Part shown: one piece after another, positions 30,398-39,366 of the stretch
Layout of the letters: each line of letters opens with the position of its first letter
Numbering within the stretch: the first letter of the stretch is position 1
Source: Pseudomonadales bacterium
Lineage (GTDB): Bacteria > Pseudomonadota > Gammaproteobacteria > Pseudomonadales > UBA7239
DNA length: 64,000 bases
Reading direction: 5' to 3'
Assembly (NCBI GenBank): GCA_046347205.1
Contig: JAXMGN010000002.1
Location: 222,224-286,223 of the forward strand
Position numbers and translations under genes: made by a program
Notes under the pieces: generated by a model
What the model saw: only the letters and a program-made list of their open reading frames with translations
Told to the model about the DNA's origin: nothing
The model's database searches: none

Positions 30398-31222
30398 TCA
30401 ATCCGTGGTGGGCAGGCCGCCATCGAGCATCGTTTCGCCGGGCAGCAACGGCCACAGGGTTTTATGGCGCGGATGGGTTTCGGCGGCGGGGCGGCCGTTG
30501 GTGTAGTAGTACAGCGCCAGCGAGCGGCGCGCGCGATTGGCCGGGCAGGTGAGTGCGTGCGGGTGGCCGTGCCAAGTGTCGCTACCGGTGCTGAAAATCG
30601 CCAAGCGTTTGGCGATCGGCAGAATGCGTTTTTGGCAGGCAGTGAGCTGGCGATCCCACAGCTCCAAATGGCCGCCGTATTCCTCCTGCCAGTCGTCGTT
30701 CAAGTACAGCAATAAATTGAGGCGGCGATCGAGCTGATAAATGCGGTGGATATTGAAATCCGCATGCACGCGCAGCAAACCGCCTTGCAGGGTTTGGTGC
30801 GTGCCGCCGCCGAGCAAACGCGGATCTGGCAGCAGGTTTTGAATGCCGGTGAGTTTTTCTAAAAACAAAATAAAAGCCTGCGATTGCATTTCCCACAGCA
30901 GATGGCGCACGAAAGGATCAAACAGGCGTTCGTTGCGTATGCCTACTTTGTTTTTTTGTGCGGGAATGCGCTGCGTGTCTTCATCCACAAACGAGGTGTT
31001 GTCGCGCTCTTGCAGTGCAGGATCTGCGGGTGGAAAACCGGCTTGCAGCTGTTGTGAGATGCCTTCGCTAACAAAATCATCCACCACAATATGCGGGAAA
31101 GGCTGCGCGGCGCGATAGCCAGCACTGTGGCTTTCAGCAAAGGCCATCAGCGCATCGTAATCGAAGACATATTCGCCGGATTTACCGGAAAACTGCGGGT
31201 TTATCATGGGTGAAAGGCTCAT
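30398..31222 (-). CDS. 2OG-Fe(II) oxygenase family protein
   Basis: 274 aa with the HxD...H signature RVHADF ... WHGHP and the pattern LNLLLYLNDDWQEEYGGHLELW typical of prolyl-hydroxylase-like 2OG oxygenases. Confidence 0.72.
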   Translation of the reverse strand: MSLSPMINPQFSGKSGEYVFDYDALMAFAESHSAGYRAAQPFPHIVVDDFVSEGISQQLQAGFPPADPALQERDNTSFVDEDTQRIPAQKNKVGIRNERLFDPFVRHLLWEMQSQAFILFLEKLTGIQNLLPDPRLLGGGTHQTLQGGLLRVHADFNIHRIYQLDRRLNLLLYLNDDWQEEYGGHLELWDRQLTACQKRILPIAKRLAIFSTGSDTWHGHPHALTCPANRARRSLALYYYTNGRPAAETHPRHKTLWPLLPGETMLDGGLPTTD

Positions 31223-31298
31223 GATTTGGATTTACCGAATGCCCTGTGATGGGTCGTCATGCTAGCATTCCACCTATCGTAAATTAAGGATTTAGATC

Positions 31299-32144
31299 AT
31301 GAAGTTTGAAGGTACAGAACGCTATGTGGCCACCAGTGACTTGCAAATGGCGGTCAACGCGGCGGTCACTTTGCAGCGCCCGCTGCTTATCAAAGGTGAA
31401 CCGGGCACGGGCAAAACGCTGTTGGCAGAAGAGGTGGCCGGTGCATTGGGCAAGCGATTGATTCAGTGGCATATCAAATCCACCACCAAGGCGCAGCAGG
31501 GTTTGTATGAATACGATGCTGTGTCGCGTCTGCGCGATTCGCAACTCGGTGATGATCGTGTGCATGACATTCGCCACTACATCAAGCGCGGCAAACTGTG
31601 GGAAGCCTTTGATGCCGACGAACAAGTGGTGTTGCTGATCGACGAAATTGACAAAGCGGATATTGAATTCCCCAATGACTTGCTGGTGGAAATCGACAAA
31701 ATGGAATTTTTTGTCTATGAAACGGGCGAGACCATCAAAGCCAAGCAGCGTCCGATTGTTGTTATCACCAGTAATAACGAAAAAGAATTGCCGGATGCTT
31801 TTTTGCGCCGCTGTTTCTTTCATTTCATTAACTTTCCTGATCGGGAGACGATGACAAAAATTGTCGATGTGCATTTCCCGACTATTCAGCATGACTTAGT
31901 AAAAGAAGCGCTGGATGTGTTTTTTGATGTGAGAAAAATCCCTGGTTTGAAGAAAAAACCTTCGACCTCGGAATTGATCGATTGGTTGAAGTTGCTGATG
32001 GCTGACAATATCCCCGAAGAAATTCTGAAAAACCGTGATGCCACCAAAGCCATTCCACCACTGTACGGCGCACTGCTTAAAAATGAGCAGGATGTGCACA
32101 TGCTGGAGCGTTTGGCGTTTATGGCGCGGCGCGAAGGGCGTTAA
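31299..32144 (+). CDS. MoxR/AAA_5-family ATPase
   Basis: 281 aa with Walker A GEPGTGKT, Walker B VVLLIDEIDKA and sensor region ITSNNEKELPDAFLRRC. Confidence 0.82.
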   Translation: MKFEGTERYVATSDLQMAVNAAVTLQRPLLIKGEPGTGKTLLAEEVAGALGKRLIQWHIKSTTKAQQGLYEYDAVSRLRDSQLGDDRVHDIRHYIKRGKLWEAFDADEQVVLLIDEIDKADIEFPNDLLVEIDKMEFFVYETGETIKAKQRPIVVITSNNEKELPDAFLRRCFFHFINFPDRETMTKIVDVHFPTIQHDLVKEALDVFFDVRKIPGLKKKPSTSELIDWLKLLMADNIPEEILKNRDATKAIPPLYGALLKNEQDVHMLERLAFMARREGR

Positions 32145-32146
32145 GC

Positions 32147-32884
32147 GTGACCACGCAATCCAAAGCCAGCAGTTTGGAATATTTGCGCGAAGGTTTTCGT
32201 GTATTGCTGCATCCTGAGTTGCGCAGCTATGTTGTTATTCCATTGCTAATCAATACGCTAATTTTTGGCGGCTTGTTTTGGTGGAGCCTGAATTTAATCG
32301 GCGATTTAATCAGCAGTGCTATCCATGCACTGCCGGAATGGTTGGATTGGCTGAGCTGGATTATGTGGCCGCTGGCAGTTTTTTTAGTGTTGATTGTTGC
32401 GATGTACACCTTTAGCACAATTGCCAACTTATTGGCGGCACCGTTTAACGGGTTGCTGGCAGAAAAGGCAGAGGCTTTATTTACCGGAACTTCTCCCAAT
32501 AGCAAAGAAACGGTGTGGGGTGCTTGCAAACAACTGCCGCGTATTTTTATGAAAGAGTTGCATAAGTTGGGCTTTCAAGTGAAGTGGTTGATTGCGCTGC
32601 TGATTCTGTCTTTTATCCCTGGCTTAAACATCATCGCGCCGCTGTGTTGGTTTTCTTTTTCCGCGTGGATGACGGCTTTGGAATACTGCGATTACCCGAT
32701 GGACAACCATGCTTATAGCTTCCCGCAAGTGCGTAAAACGGTTGGCACACAGCGTTGGTCTTGCTTTAGTTTTGGCGCGCTGGTGACGTTGGGCAATATG
32801 GTGCCGCTGCTCAATTTGTTGATGATGCCCGCTGCGGTTTGCGGTGCGACTTTGTTGTGGGTTGAGCGTCTGAAAGACGAATAA
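32147..32884 (+). CDS. cysZ: Sulfate transporter CysZ
   Basis: 245 aa polytopic protein with LLAAPFNGLLAEKAE and CWFSFSAWMTALEYCDYPMDNH, typical of CysZ. GTG start 2 nt after the moxR-like stop. Confidence 0.85.
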   Translation: MTTQSKASSLEYLREGFRVLLHPELRSYVVIPLLINTLIFGGLFWWSLNLIGDLISSAIHALPEWLDWLSWIMWPLAVFLVLIVAMYTFSTIANLLAAPFNGLLAEKAEALFTGTSPNSKETVWGACKQLPRIFMKELHKLGFQVKWLIALLILSFIPGLNIIAPLCWFSFSAWMTALEYCDYPMDNHAYSFPQVRKTVGTQRWSCFSFGALVTLGNMVPLLNLLMMPAAVCGATLLWVERLKDE

Positions 32885-32924
32885 TCCGCGCGTTTTTTTC
32901 TATTTTTTTCTTGTTGGGATCCTC

Positions 32925-33944
32925 ATGCTTTATTCCTTGTTGCGCCCATTGTTGTTTGCGTTAGATGCGGAAAAGGCGCACCACCTCACGCTGGAAGGTT
33001 TGCGTGTGGCGCAGGTTTGCGGTGTGCTGGGTCTTTATGCAGGGCAGCCAGTGGCGGATCCCACACAAGTATTTGGCATTACCTTTCCCAACCGCGTGGG
33101 TTTGGCGGCGGGCTTGGATAAAAATGCCGATTACATCGACGCGCTGGGCGCTCTCGGTTTTGGTTTTGTGGAAGTGGGCACCGTCACGCCGCGCCCGCAG
33201 GCGGGCAATCCGCAGCCGCGTTTGTTTCGCGCCGTGGCGCAGCGCGGCATCGTCAACCGCATGGGGTTTAATAATCAAGGTGTGGAGTATTTGCTGAACA
33301 ATATTCAACGCCGCACTTACCGAGGTGTGCTCGGTGTGAATATCGGAAAAAACGCGACCACGCCGGTAGAAAGTGCACTCGATGATTATCTGGCTTGTCT
33401 CAATGCTGTTTATGCAGACTGTGATTACATCACTGTGAATTTGTCTTCACCCAACACCCCTGGGCTGCGCGATTTGCAGTTTGGTGAACCGTTAAAGCGT
33501 TTGTTGGAAGGTTTGAAAAATCGTCAGCAACAACTGAGCGCTGAATTTGGCAAGTACAAACCACTGCTGGTAAAAATTGCTCCTGATCTTGCCGGTGCAG
33601 ATATTGATGACATCGCACAGACTTTTTTGCAAATGAACGTGGATGGCGTGATCGCCACCAATACCACGATAGAAAAATCGGCACTGCGTGGCACAGCTTT
33701 GGCAGAGGAAGCGGGAGGTCTGAGTGGTGCGCCGGTGTATCAAAAATCTACCGCTGTGTTGCGTCAGTTAGCGCAAATACTGGATGGAAAAATTCCTTTG
33801 ATCGGTGTCGGCGGCATAGAAAATGGCGCGCAAGCCAAAGACAAACTAAACGCTGGCGCGTCGTTAGTGCAGTTGTACTCCGGCTTGATTTATCGCGGGC
33901 CAGAGTTGGTGCGTGAGTGTGCCAAGGCGTTGGTAACACCATGA
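32925..33944 (+). CDS. pyrD: Dihydroorotate dehydrogenase (quinone), class 2
   Basis: 339 aa with GLAAGLDKN, GFVEVGTVTPRPQAGNPQPRLFR, NRMGFNN, NLSSPNTPGLR and LIGVGGI. Confidence 0.96.
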   Translation: MLYSLLRPLLFALDAEKAHHLTLEGLRVAQVCGVLGLYAGQPVADPTQVFGITFPNRVGLAAGLDKNADYIDALGALGFGFVEVGTVTPRPQAGNPQPRLFRAVAQRGIVNRMGFNNQGVEYLLNNIQRRTYRGVLGVNIGKNATTPVESALDDYLACLNAVYADCDYITVNLSSPNTPGLRDLQFGEPLKRLLEGLKNRQQQLSAEFGKYKPLLVKIAPDLAGADIDDIAQTFLQMNVDGVIATNTTIEKSALRGTALAEEAGGLSGAPVYQKSTAVLRQLAQILDGKIPLIGVGGIENGAQAKDKLNAGASLVQLYSGLIYRGPELVRECAKALVTP

Positions 33945-36148
33945 AACCACTGCATTTTATCGCCACTTGCGCCCGCGCACAGGAGCCACTGCTGGCGCAG
34001 GAATTAGAGACACTGTTTGCGCAGGATGTGGTGGCGGGTGATCGCATCGTCAGCTTTTCTGCCAGCCCAGAAGTGATTTATCGCGTGTTGCTCGGCACAC
34101 GCATTGCCAACCGTGTGTTGTGGCCGGTGTGCACCGTACCAGCGAGTGATGGCGATGAAATGTATCAAGCGCTGCGTGAATACGATTGGGCGGCATTGCT
34201 CAAACCGAGCAATACGTTTTGCATAGATTTTATTGGTGAATCCGAAACGATTCGCAACAGTATGTTCGGCGCCATGCGCGTAAAAGATGCGTTGGTAGAT
34301 AGCGTGCGCGTTGGGGATGCGCGTCCCAGTGTGGTGAAAGATGCACCCGATATTCGTTTCAATGCGGTGTTGTTGTCTAACGAAAAACAAACCGACCGTG
34401 TGCAAGTAGCGGTAGATTTAGGTAATGGCAGTTTGCATAAACGCGGCTATCGCCAGCAGGCGGGCGAAGCGCCGCTGAAAGAAACGGTGGCGGCGGGTAT
34501 GTTGCTGCGCGCGGGATGGCCAGCGATAGCACAAGCAGGCGGTGCGCTGTTTGATCCGATGTGCGGCAGCGGCACGTTGTTGATTGAAGCGGCGTTGATG
34601 GCGGCCAATATTGCGCCGGGTGTGTATCGAGAGCAGTGGGGCGTTCAACATTGTCCGTGGCACGATGAAGTGTTGTGGAAAAAAATACAGGTTGATGCCA
34701 AAAGTCGTCTGCTTAATGTGGGCGCGATTAGCATGCAAAAAATTGCCGGCAGCGATATGTTGGTGCAGGTAGTAAAAAAAGCGCGCGACAATATTGAGCG
34801 TGCGGGTCTGTCTGAATGTATCACCGTAGAAGCCGAACACTTAGCCGACAGTATGCCGCCGCGCGCCAAAACGGGCTTACTGATTTGCAATCCCCCTTAC
34901 GGTGAGCGTTTGGGTGATGTGGCGGAACTGCCACCTTTGTATGCCATGCTCGGTGAAAAAATGAGCGCGCTACATGGCTGGCAAGCGGCAGTGCTCACCA
35001 GTGAAAAAACTTTGGCGCAGGCAATAGGTTTGCGCAGTCATCGCTCTTACCGTTTTGATAATGGCGCGCTTGCATGTCGGTTGTATTTATTTGAATTGAG
35101 TGACAGAAACCGCTTCAAGGCGTTTGATGCCTCCGCACAACACAACGCTCAAGAGGCAGTGAGTGAGGTAGAGCAGCTTTCAGATGCTGCGCGTATGTTA
35201 TGCAATCGCCTGCAAAAAAATGCACAAAAATTGCGACCTTGGTTAAAGCAATCTGGCGTGACCTGTTATCGCCTGTACGATGCCGATATGCCGGAATACG
35301 CTTTTGCGATAGATATTTATACGCATGCAGAAACAGCTGAGCTGCATGTGCATTTGCAAGAGTATGCGCCGCCTAAAACCGTGGATGAATCTGCGGCCGC
35401 ACGCAGGCGTGAGGAAACACGGTTGGCGGTGTCGGCGGCGTTAAAAATTCCTTTATCGCGAGTGTATGGCAAAAACCGTGAGCGCCAGCGCGGTGAAAAA
35501 AAGCAGTACAGCAAACAGGAAGTGGTGGCGGACACGCGTTTCCCTGTACAGGAAAATGGGCATATTTTCCAAATCAATATGCAGAGTTATCTCGACACAG
35601 GCTTGTTTCTGGACACTCGCCCTGTGCGGCAGTTGGTGGCCGAAAAAGCCAAAGGTAAAAATTTTTTGAATTTATTCTCTTACACGGCCAGTGCCAGCGT
35701 TTATGCGGCAAAAGGCGGTGCGCGCAGTTCGCTGTCAATTGATATGTCGGCTACGTACATCGATTGGGCGCGCCATCACTTTGCTAGCAATGGGATCAAT
35801 ACCCGCAAGCACCAATTATTAACGGCAGATTGTTTGCAGTGGCTGGAAGAGGCGGATGAGCAGTTTGATTTGATTTATCTGGATCCACCCACCTTTTCTA
35901 ATTCCAAGCGCATGCACAGCACCTTGGATGTGCAGCGCGATCAAGTACAGTTGATTGGTTACGCGCTGGATTTATTGTCGGAGAATGGTGAGTTAATTTT
36001 TGTGACCAATCATCAGCGTTTTAAGTTGGATGAAGCGGTGTTTGTGGAGCACGGTTGGCAGCCAGAAAATATCACCGCACAAACACTGGATGTGGATTTT
36101 CAGCGCAGCAAAAAGATTCACCAGTGTTGGTTATTCCGCCGCGCTTGA
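33941..36148 (+). CDS. rlmL: Bifunctional 23S rRNA methyltransferase RlmKL (m2G2445/m7G2069)
   Basis: It has a THUMP domain and two SAM-methyltransferase modules (DPMCGSGTLLIEAA, LICNPPYGERLG, DPPTFSNSK). The ATG at 33941 overlaps the pyrD stop (ATGA), so I preferred it to the track start at 33917. Confidence 0.93.
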   Translation: MKPLHFIATCARAQEPLLAQELETLFAQDVVAGDRIVSFSASPEVIYRVLLGTRIANRVLWPVCTVPASDGDEMYQALREYDWAALLKPSNTFCIDFIGESETIRNSMFGAMRVKDALVDSVRVGDARPSVVKDAPDIRFNAVLLSNEKQTDRVQVAVDLGNGSLHKRGYRQQAGEAPLKETVAAGMLLRAGWPAIAQAGGALFDPMCGSGTLLIEAALMAANIAPGVYREQWGVQHCPWHDEVLWKKIQVDAKSRLLNVGAISMQKIAGSDMLVQVVKKARDNIERAGLSECITVEAEHLADSMPPRAKTGLLICNPPYGERLGDVAELPPLYAMLGEKMSALHGWQAAVLTSEKTLAQAIGLRSHRSYRFDNGALACRLYLFELSDRNRFKAFDASAQHNAQEAVSEVEQLSDAARMLCNRLQKNAQKLRPWLKQSGVTCYRLYDADMPEYAFAIDIYTHAETAELHVHLQEYAPPKTVDESAAARRREETRLAVSAALKIPLSRVYGKNRERQRGEKKQYSKQEVVADTRFPVQENGHIFQINMQSYLDTGLFLDTRPVRQLVAEKAKGKNFLNLFSYTASASVYAAKGGARSSLSIDMSATYIDWARHHFASNGINTRKHQLLTADCLQWLEEADEQFDLIYLDPPTFSNSKRMHSTLDVQRDQVQLIGYALDLLSENGELIFVTNHQRFKLDEAVFVEHGWQPENITAQTLDVDFQRSKKIHQCWLFRRA

Positions 36149-37123
36149 GTGACGGCTATCTAGCAGGCTTAATGCTTCATAGATAACTGCGGCAGTTGCG
36201 CCTTTTTTATGCGCATTTTCACTGATATGGCGGCGAAAGCGGCGCGAGCCAGAGACGTTGTGCCACAGCCCTAATAGATGTTTAGTTAGTGTGCCGAGTG
36301 ATGCGCCTTGTGCGTGCTGCTCGGTGCAGTAAGCGGCATACAGTTGTGAAATGTGAATGCGATCCGCGGTTTCATGTTGGGCATCAAAAAGTTCGGCATC
36401 CACATCCGCCAAACAAAATGTGTTGTGCCACGCGGCGCGACCTATCATTGCGCCATCAACATATTGCAAATGTTTTTTGGCTTCGTCGAGTGTGGTGATG
36501 CCGCCGTTAATGACGATATTTAATTGCGGGCGCAGAGTTTTGAGTTGGTAGACCCAATCGTATTTCAGCGGTGGAATTTCGCGGTTTTCTTTAGGGCTCA
36601 AACCGTGCAGCCAAGCATTGCGCGCATGGACAATGACTGTGTTGCAGGGGCTGTCGGTTGCTGTATCAATAAAGTATAAAAAATCGTCAAAGCTATCTTG
36701 TTGATCAATGCCGGTCCTGCATTTGAGCGTAACGGGTACGCACCCGCCTTCTGCCATAGCGCGTAGACAGTCGCGTACCAATATGGGTGTGCTCATCAAA
36801 CAAGCGCCAAACGCGCCACTTTGCACGCGGTCACTGGGGCAGCCGCAATTTAAGTTGAGTTCGGCGTAGCCGTATTGCATGGCAAGGCTGCTGCTGTCGC
36901 GCAATTGTGCAGGGTCGGCACCGCCCAGTTGCAAAGCGACAGGGTGTTCTTCGCTATTAAAAGTAAGTAGATGATCGCGCTTGCCGTGCAAAATAGCATG
37001 CATCGTAATCATTTCTGTGTAGAGCAGAGTGTGTCGCGTGAGCAGACGCGCCAAATAGCGAAAGTGTTTATCTGTTACATCAATCATCGGTGCAACAGAA
37101 AATTTTCCATGAAAAGTGTTCAT
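36131..37123 (-). CDS. dusA: tRNA dihydrouridine synthase DusA
   Basis: VAPMIDVTDKHFRYLARLL, ELNLNCGCPSDRV and VTLKCRTG are present. The ATG at 37123 overlaps the stop of the upstream DUF2062 gene (ATGA). The 3' end overlaps rlmL by 18 nt (convergent). Confidence 0.93.
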   Translation of the reverse strand: MNTFHGKFSVAPMIDVTDKHFRYLARLLTRHTLLYTEMITMHAILHGKRDHLLTFNSEEHPVALQLGGADPAQLRDSSSLAMQYGYAELNLNCGCPSDRVQSGAFGACLMSTPILVRDCLRAMAEGGCVPVTLKCRTGIDQQDSFDDFLYFIDTATDSPCNTVIVHARNAWLHGLSPKENREIPPLKYDWVYQLKTLRPQLNIVINGGITTLDEAKKHLQYVDGAMIGRAAWHNTFCLADVDAELFDAQHETADRIHISQLYAAYCTEQHAQGASLGTLTKHLLGLWHNVSGSRRFRRHISENAHKKGATAAVIYEALSLLDSRHSSAAE

Positions 37124-37674
37124 GATGGGTGACGATTTTTCCAACTGCGCACAACATGCCAGCGCCAAAAACCTTGAATAAGTAAGTAGCAACTGCCGCC
37201 TACTAATAGGCCTAAGCTGACAGAGCCCAGCATAAAAGGCTCCCAGACACGCTCAAACAAATGCCAGAATGATTGTGCTTTGTCGAGCAGTGATTCACCT
37301 GTACTCCAATCAAAATGCATTAATTGACCGATGTTGTGCGTGTGCTCACCAGGCATAACCAGTAAACCTATTTTTAGCGCAGCAAATGCAAGCGGTGGAA
37401 TAGTGAAAGGGTTGACCAGCCACACCAAACTGAGAGAGATGGGCAGGTTGGCGCGCAACCATACTGCGAGAAATGTGGCTGTGATGGTGTGGCAGGGAAA
37501 CAACATCAAACTGATGCTGGTAAAAAATGCAACGAAAAAAGCGCGTGAAATACTGCGGCGATTCAGATGCCATAAATTGGGATCATGAATTCGATCACCC
37601 AGCATGGAAAGCTTGCCACTGGATAGAAGCTTTTGTCCTTCGGTGGTAAAACGCTCGAAAATCTTTTTTGCCAT
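37120..37674 (-). CDS. DUF2062-like membrane protein
   Basis: 184 aa from MAKKIFERF.... The pattern RSISRAFFVAFFTSISLMLFPCHTITATFLAVWLRANLPISLSLVWLVNPFTIPP recalls DUF2062 proteins. Confidence 0.62.
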   Translation of the reverse strand: MAKKIFERFTTEGQKLLSSGKLSMLGDRIHDPNLWHLNRRSISRAFFVAFFTSISLMLFPCHTITATFLAVWLRANLPISLSLVWLVNPFTIPPLAFAALKIGLLVMPGEHTHNIGQLMHFDWSTGESLLDKAQSFWHLFERVWEPFMLGSVSLGLLVGGSCYLLIQGFWRWHVVRSWKNRHPS

Positions 37675-37759
37675 GTTTTTCCCGTATGGTCTACCGCTAG
37701 TACGGTCTGGAAAGGGGATTTGTTGTCGATATAATGCCACGCGATGCGGTGTTATCTGT

Positions 37760-37780
37760 GAAAACCTTGTTAAAACAAGG
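37760..37780 (-). terminator. Candidate terminator hairpin spanning the yejF stop codon
   Basis: The minus strand reads ccttgttttaacaagg followed by ttttc. The stem includes the TAA stop, and the stem is short. Confidence 0.45.
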
Positions 37781-39365
37781 CACTCAATAGTTGTTGAGTG
37801 GCTGAATGTTGTGCTTTCGTAAAAATATCCTGTGTTTTGCCGCTTTCAACAATGCGCCCTTGTTGCATCACGAGGACGCGATCTGCGATACGTTGCACGA
37901 GGTGCAAATCGTGTGTGATAAACAGCATTGATAACTGCATGTCTTGTTTCAGCTTTAGTAGCAGCGCGATGATCTGCGCTTGAGTTGAGACATCCAGCGC
38001 AGAAACCGCTTCATCACAGACGATCAATTTAGGATTGAGTGCAATAGCGCGTGCAATGCCAATGCGCTGTCGCTGACCGCCAGAAAATTCGTGTGGAAAG
38101 CGGTATAGGCTATCAGCAGGTAATTCAACACGTTGCAGTAATTCGCGTACGGCGTGCTCTCTGAATTGACGGTTACCAATGCGATGAATTTCAAAAGGCT
38201 CTAACAAAATACGCTCAACGGTGTGCCTAGGGTTCAGGGAGTCATTGGTGTCTTGGAAGATCACTTGGCACTGCTGACGAAAAGCCAGAAGCTGCTGGCG
38301 ATTGCTTTTATTCAGTGTCTGCTCACGAAAAATAACGTCACCCGTGTTGGCAGGGTCTAGCATTAACAGTGCTCGTCCTAGCGTGCTTTTCCCGCAACCC
38401 GATTCACCAACCAATGCCAGTACTTCCTGCTCTGCAATTGAAAAGCTGATGTTGTTCAGCACTGTCAGTGGAGGTTTTTTTTGTGCGAGTAATGCCTGCG
38501 GTTGCTGAAAGGTTTTGGAAATGTTTTTTACTTCCAGCAGTGTATTGGATGAGGCTGCATGACTTTCTATAAATTCTGTTGGCTGAATAGCAGAGATTAA
38601 ACTGCGTGTGTAAGGGTGTTGTGGTGATGTAAATAATGTGTGAGTTTCTGCTATTTCACACAGCGCACCTTTTTGTAACACGGCAACGCGCTGGCACCAG
38701 CGCTTCACCAAAGTGAGGTCGTGCGTAATAAACAGTACAGCCATTTGATATTTTTTCTGTAACGCTTGTAGAAGCTCTAACAGTTGGCGCTGTGTGCTGG
38801 CATCCAATGCAGTACTGGGTTCATCGGCAATCAAGAGATCAGGTTTTGCTGCCAATGCCATGGCAATCATCACGCGTTGACACTGCCCGCCGGATAATTG
38901 GTGCGGAAAACTGTTGAGCTTTTGTTCGGCTTGCTGAATATTGACGGCATGCAGGAGGGCTAGCATTTGTTGCTTAACAGCAGCAGTTTCCATGTTGGGT
39001 GCGTGCAGTTGAAACATTTCTGCTAATTGTTCACCTATGGTTTGCACAGGGTTGAGTGCAGTAATAGGTTCTTGAAAAATCATCGCAATGCGTTTGCCGC
39101 GTATGCGGTGTAATAAAGGCAAGTTGTTGTCGATGCGTTCGCCATCGAACAAAATTTTTCCCTGTTGTATCGCTAAGGTGGGTTTTGGCAATAAACCGAG
39201 AATGCTTTGTGCGCAGAGACTTTTTCCTGAACCGGATTCACCCACCAAAGCCAGTGTTTCTCCGCGCTGTATTGTGAAAGAAACATTATTTAGTACCGTG
39301 CGCTCACTGTCGTCAGTGTGTGCGACGATGCTGAGGTTTTCTACGGCAAGCAGGGGTGCGTGCAT
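37770..39365 (-). CDS. yejF: Peptide/microcin C-type ABC importer, fused double ATPase YejF
   Basis: 531 aa with two ABC cassettes (GESGSGKS and GESGCGKST; LSGGQCQRVMIA and FSGGQRQRIGIA). Confidence 0.9.
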   Translation of the reverse strand: MHAPLLAVENLSIVAHTDDSERTVLNNVSFTIQRGETLALVGESGSGKSLCAQSILGLLPKPTLAIQQGKILFDGERIDNNLPLLHRIRGKRIAMIFQEPITALNPVQTIGEQLAEMFQLHAPNMETAAVKQQMLALLHAVNIQQAEQKLNSFPHQLSGGQCQRVMIAMALAAKPDLLIADEPSTALDASTQRQLLELLQALQKKYQMAVLFITHDLTLVKRWCQRVAVLQKGALCEIAETHTLFTSPQHPYTRSLISAIQPTEFIESHAASSNTLLEVKNISKTFQQPQALLAQKKPPLTVLNNISFSIAEQEVLALVGESGCGKSTLGRALLMLDPANTGDVIFREQTLNKSNRQQLLAFRQQCQVIFQDTNDSLNPRHTVERILLEPFEIHRIGNRQFREHAVRELLQRVELPADSLYRFPHEFSGGQRQRIGIARAIALNPKLIVCDEAVSALDVSTQAQIIALLLKLKQDMQLSMLFITHDLHLVQRIADRVLVMQQGRIVESGKTQDIFTKAQHSATQQLLSALF

Positions 39366-39366
39366 A

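Noticed and set aside
31284-31892. 202-aa minus-strand ORF
   Set aside because: It is antisense to the MoxR-type ATPase gene, which has clear Walker A/B motifs. I treat it as a shadow ORF.
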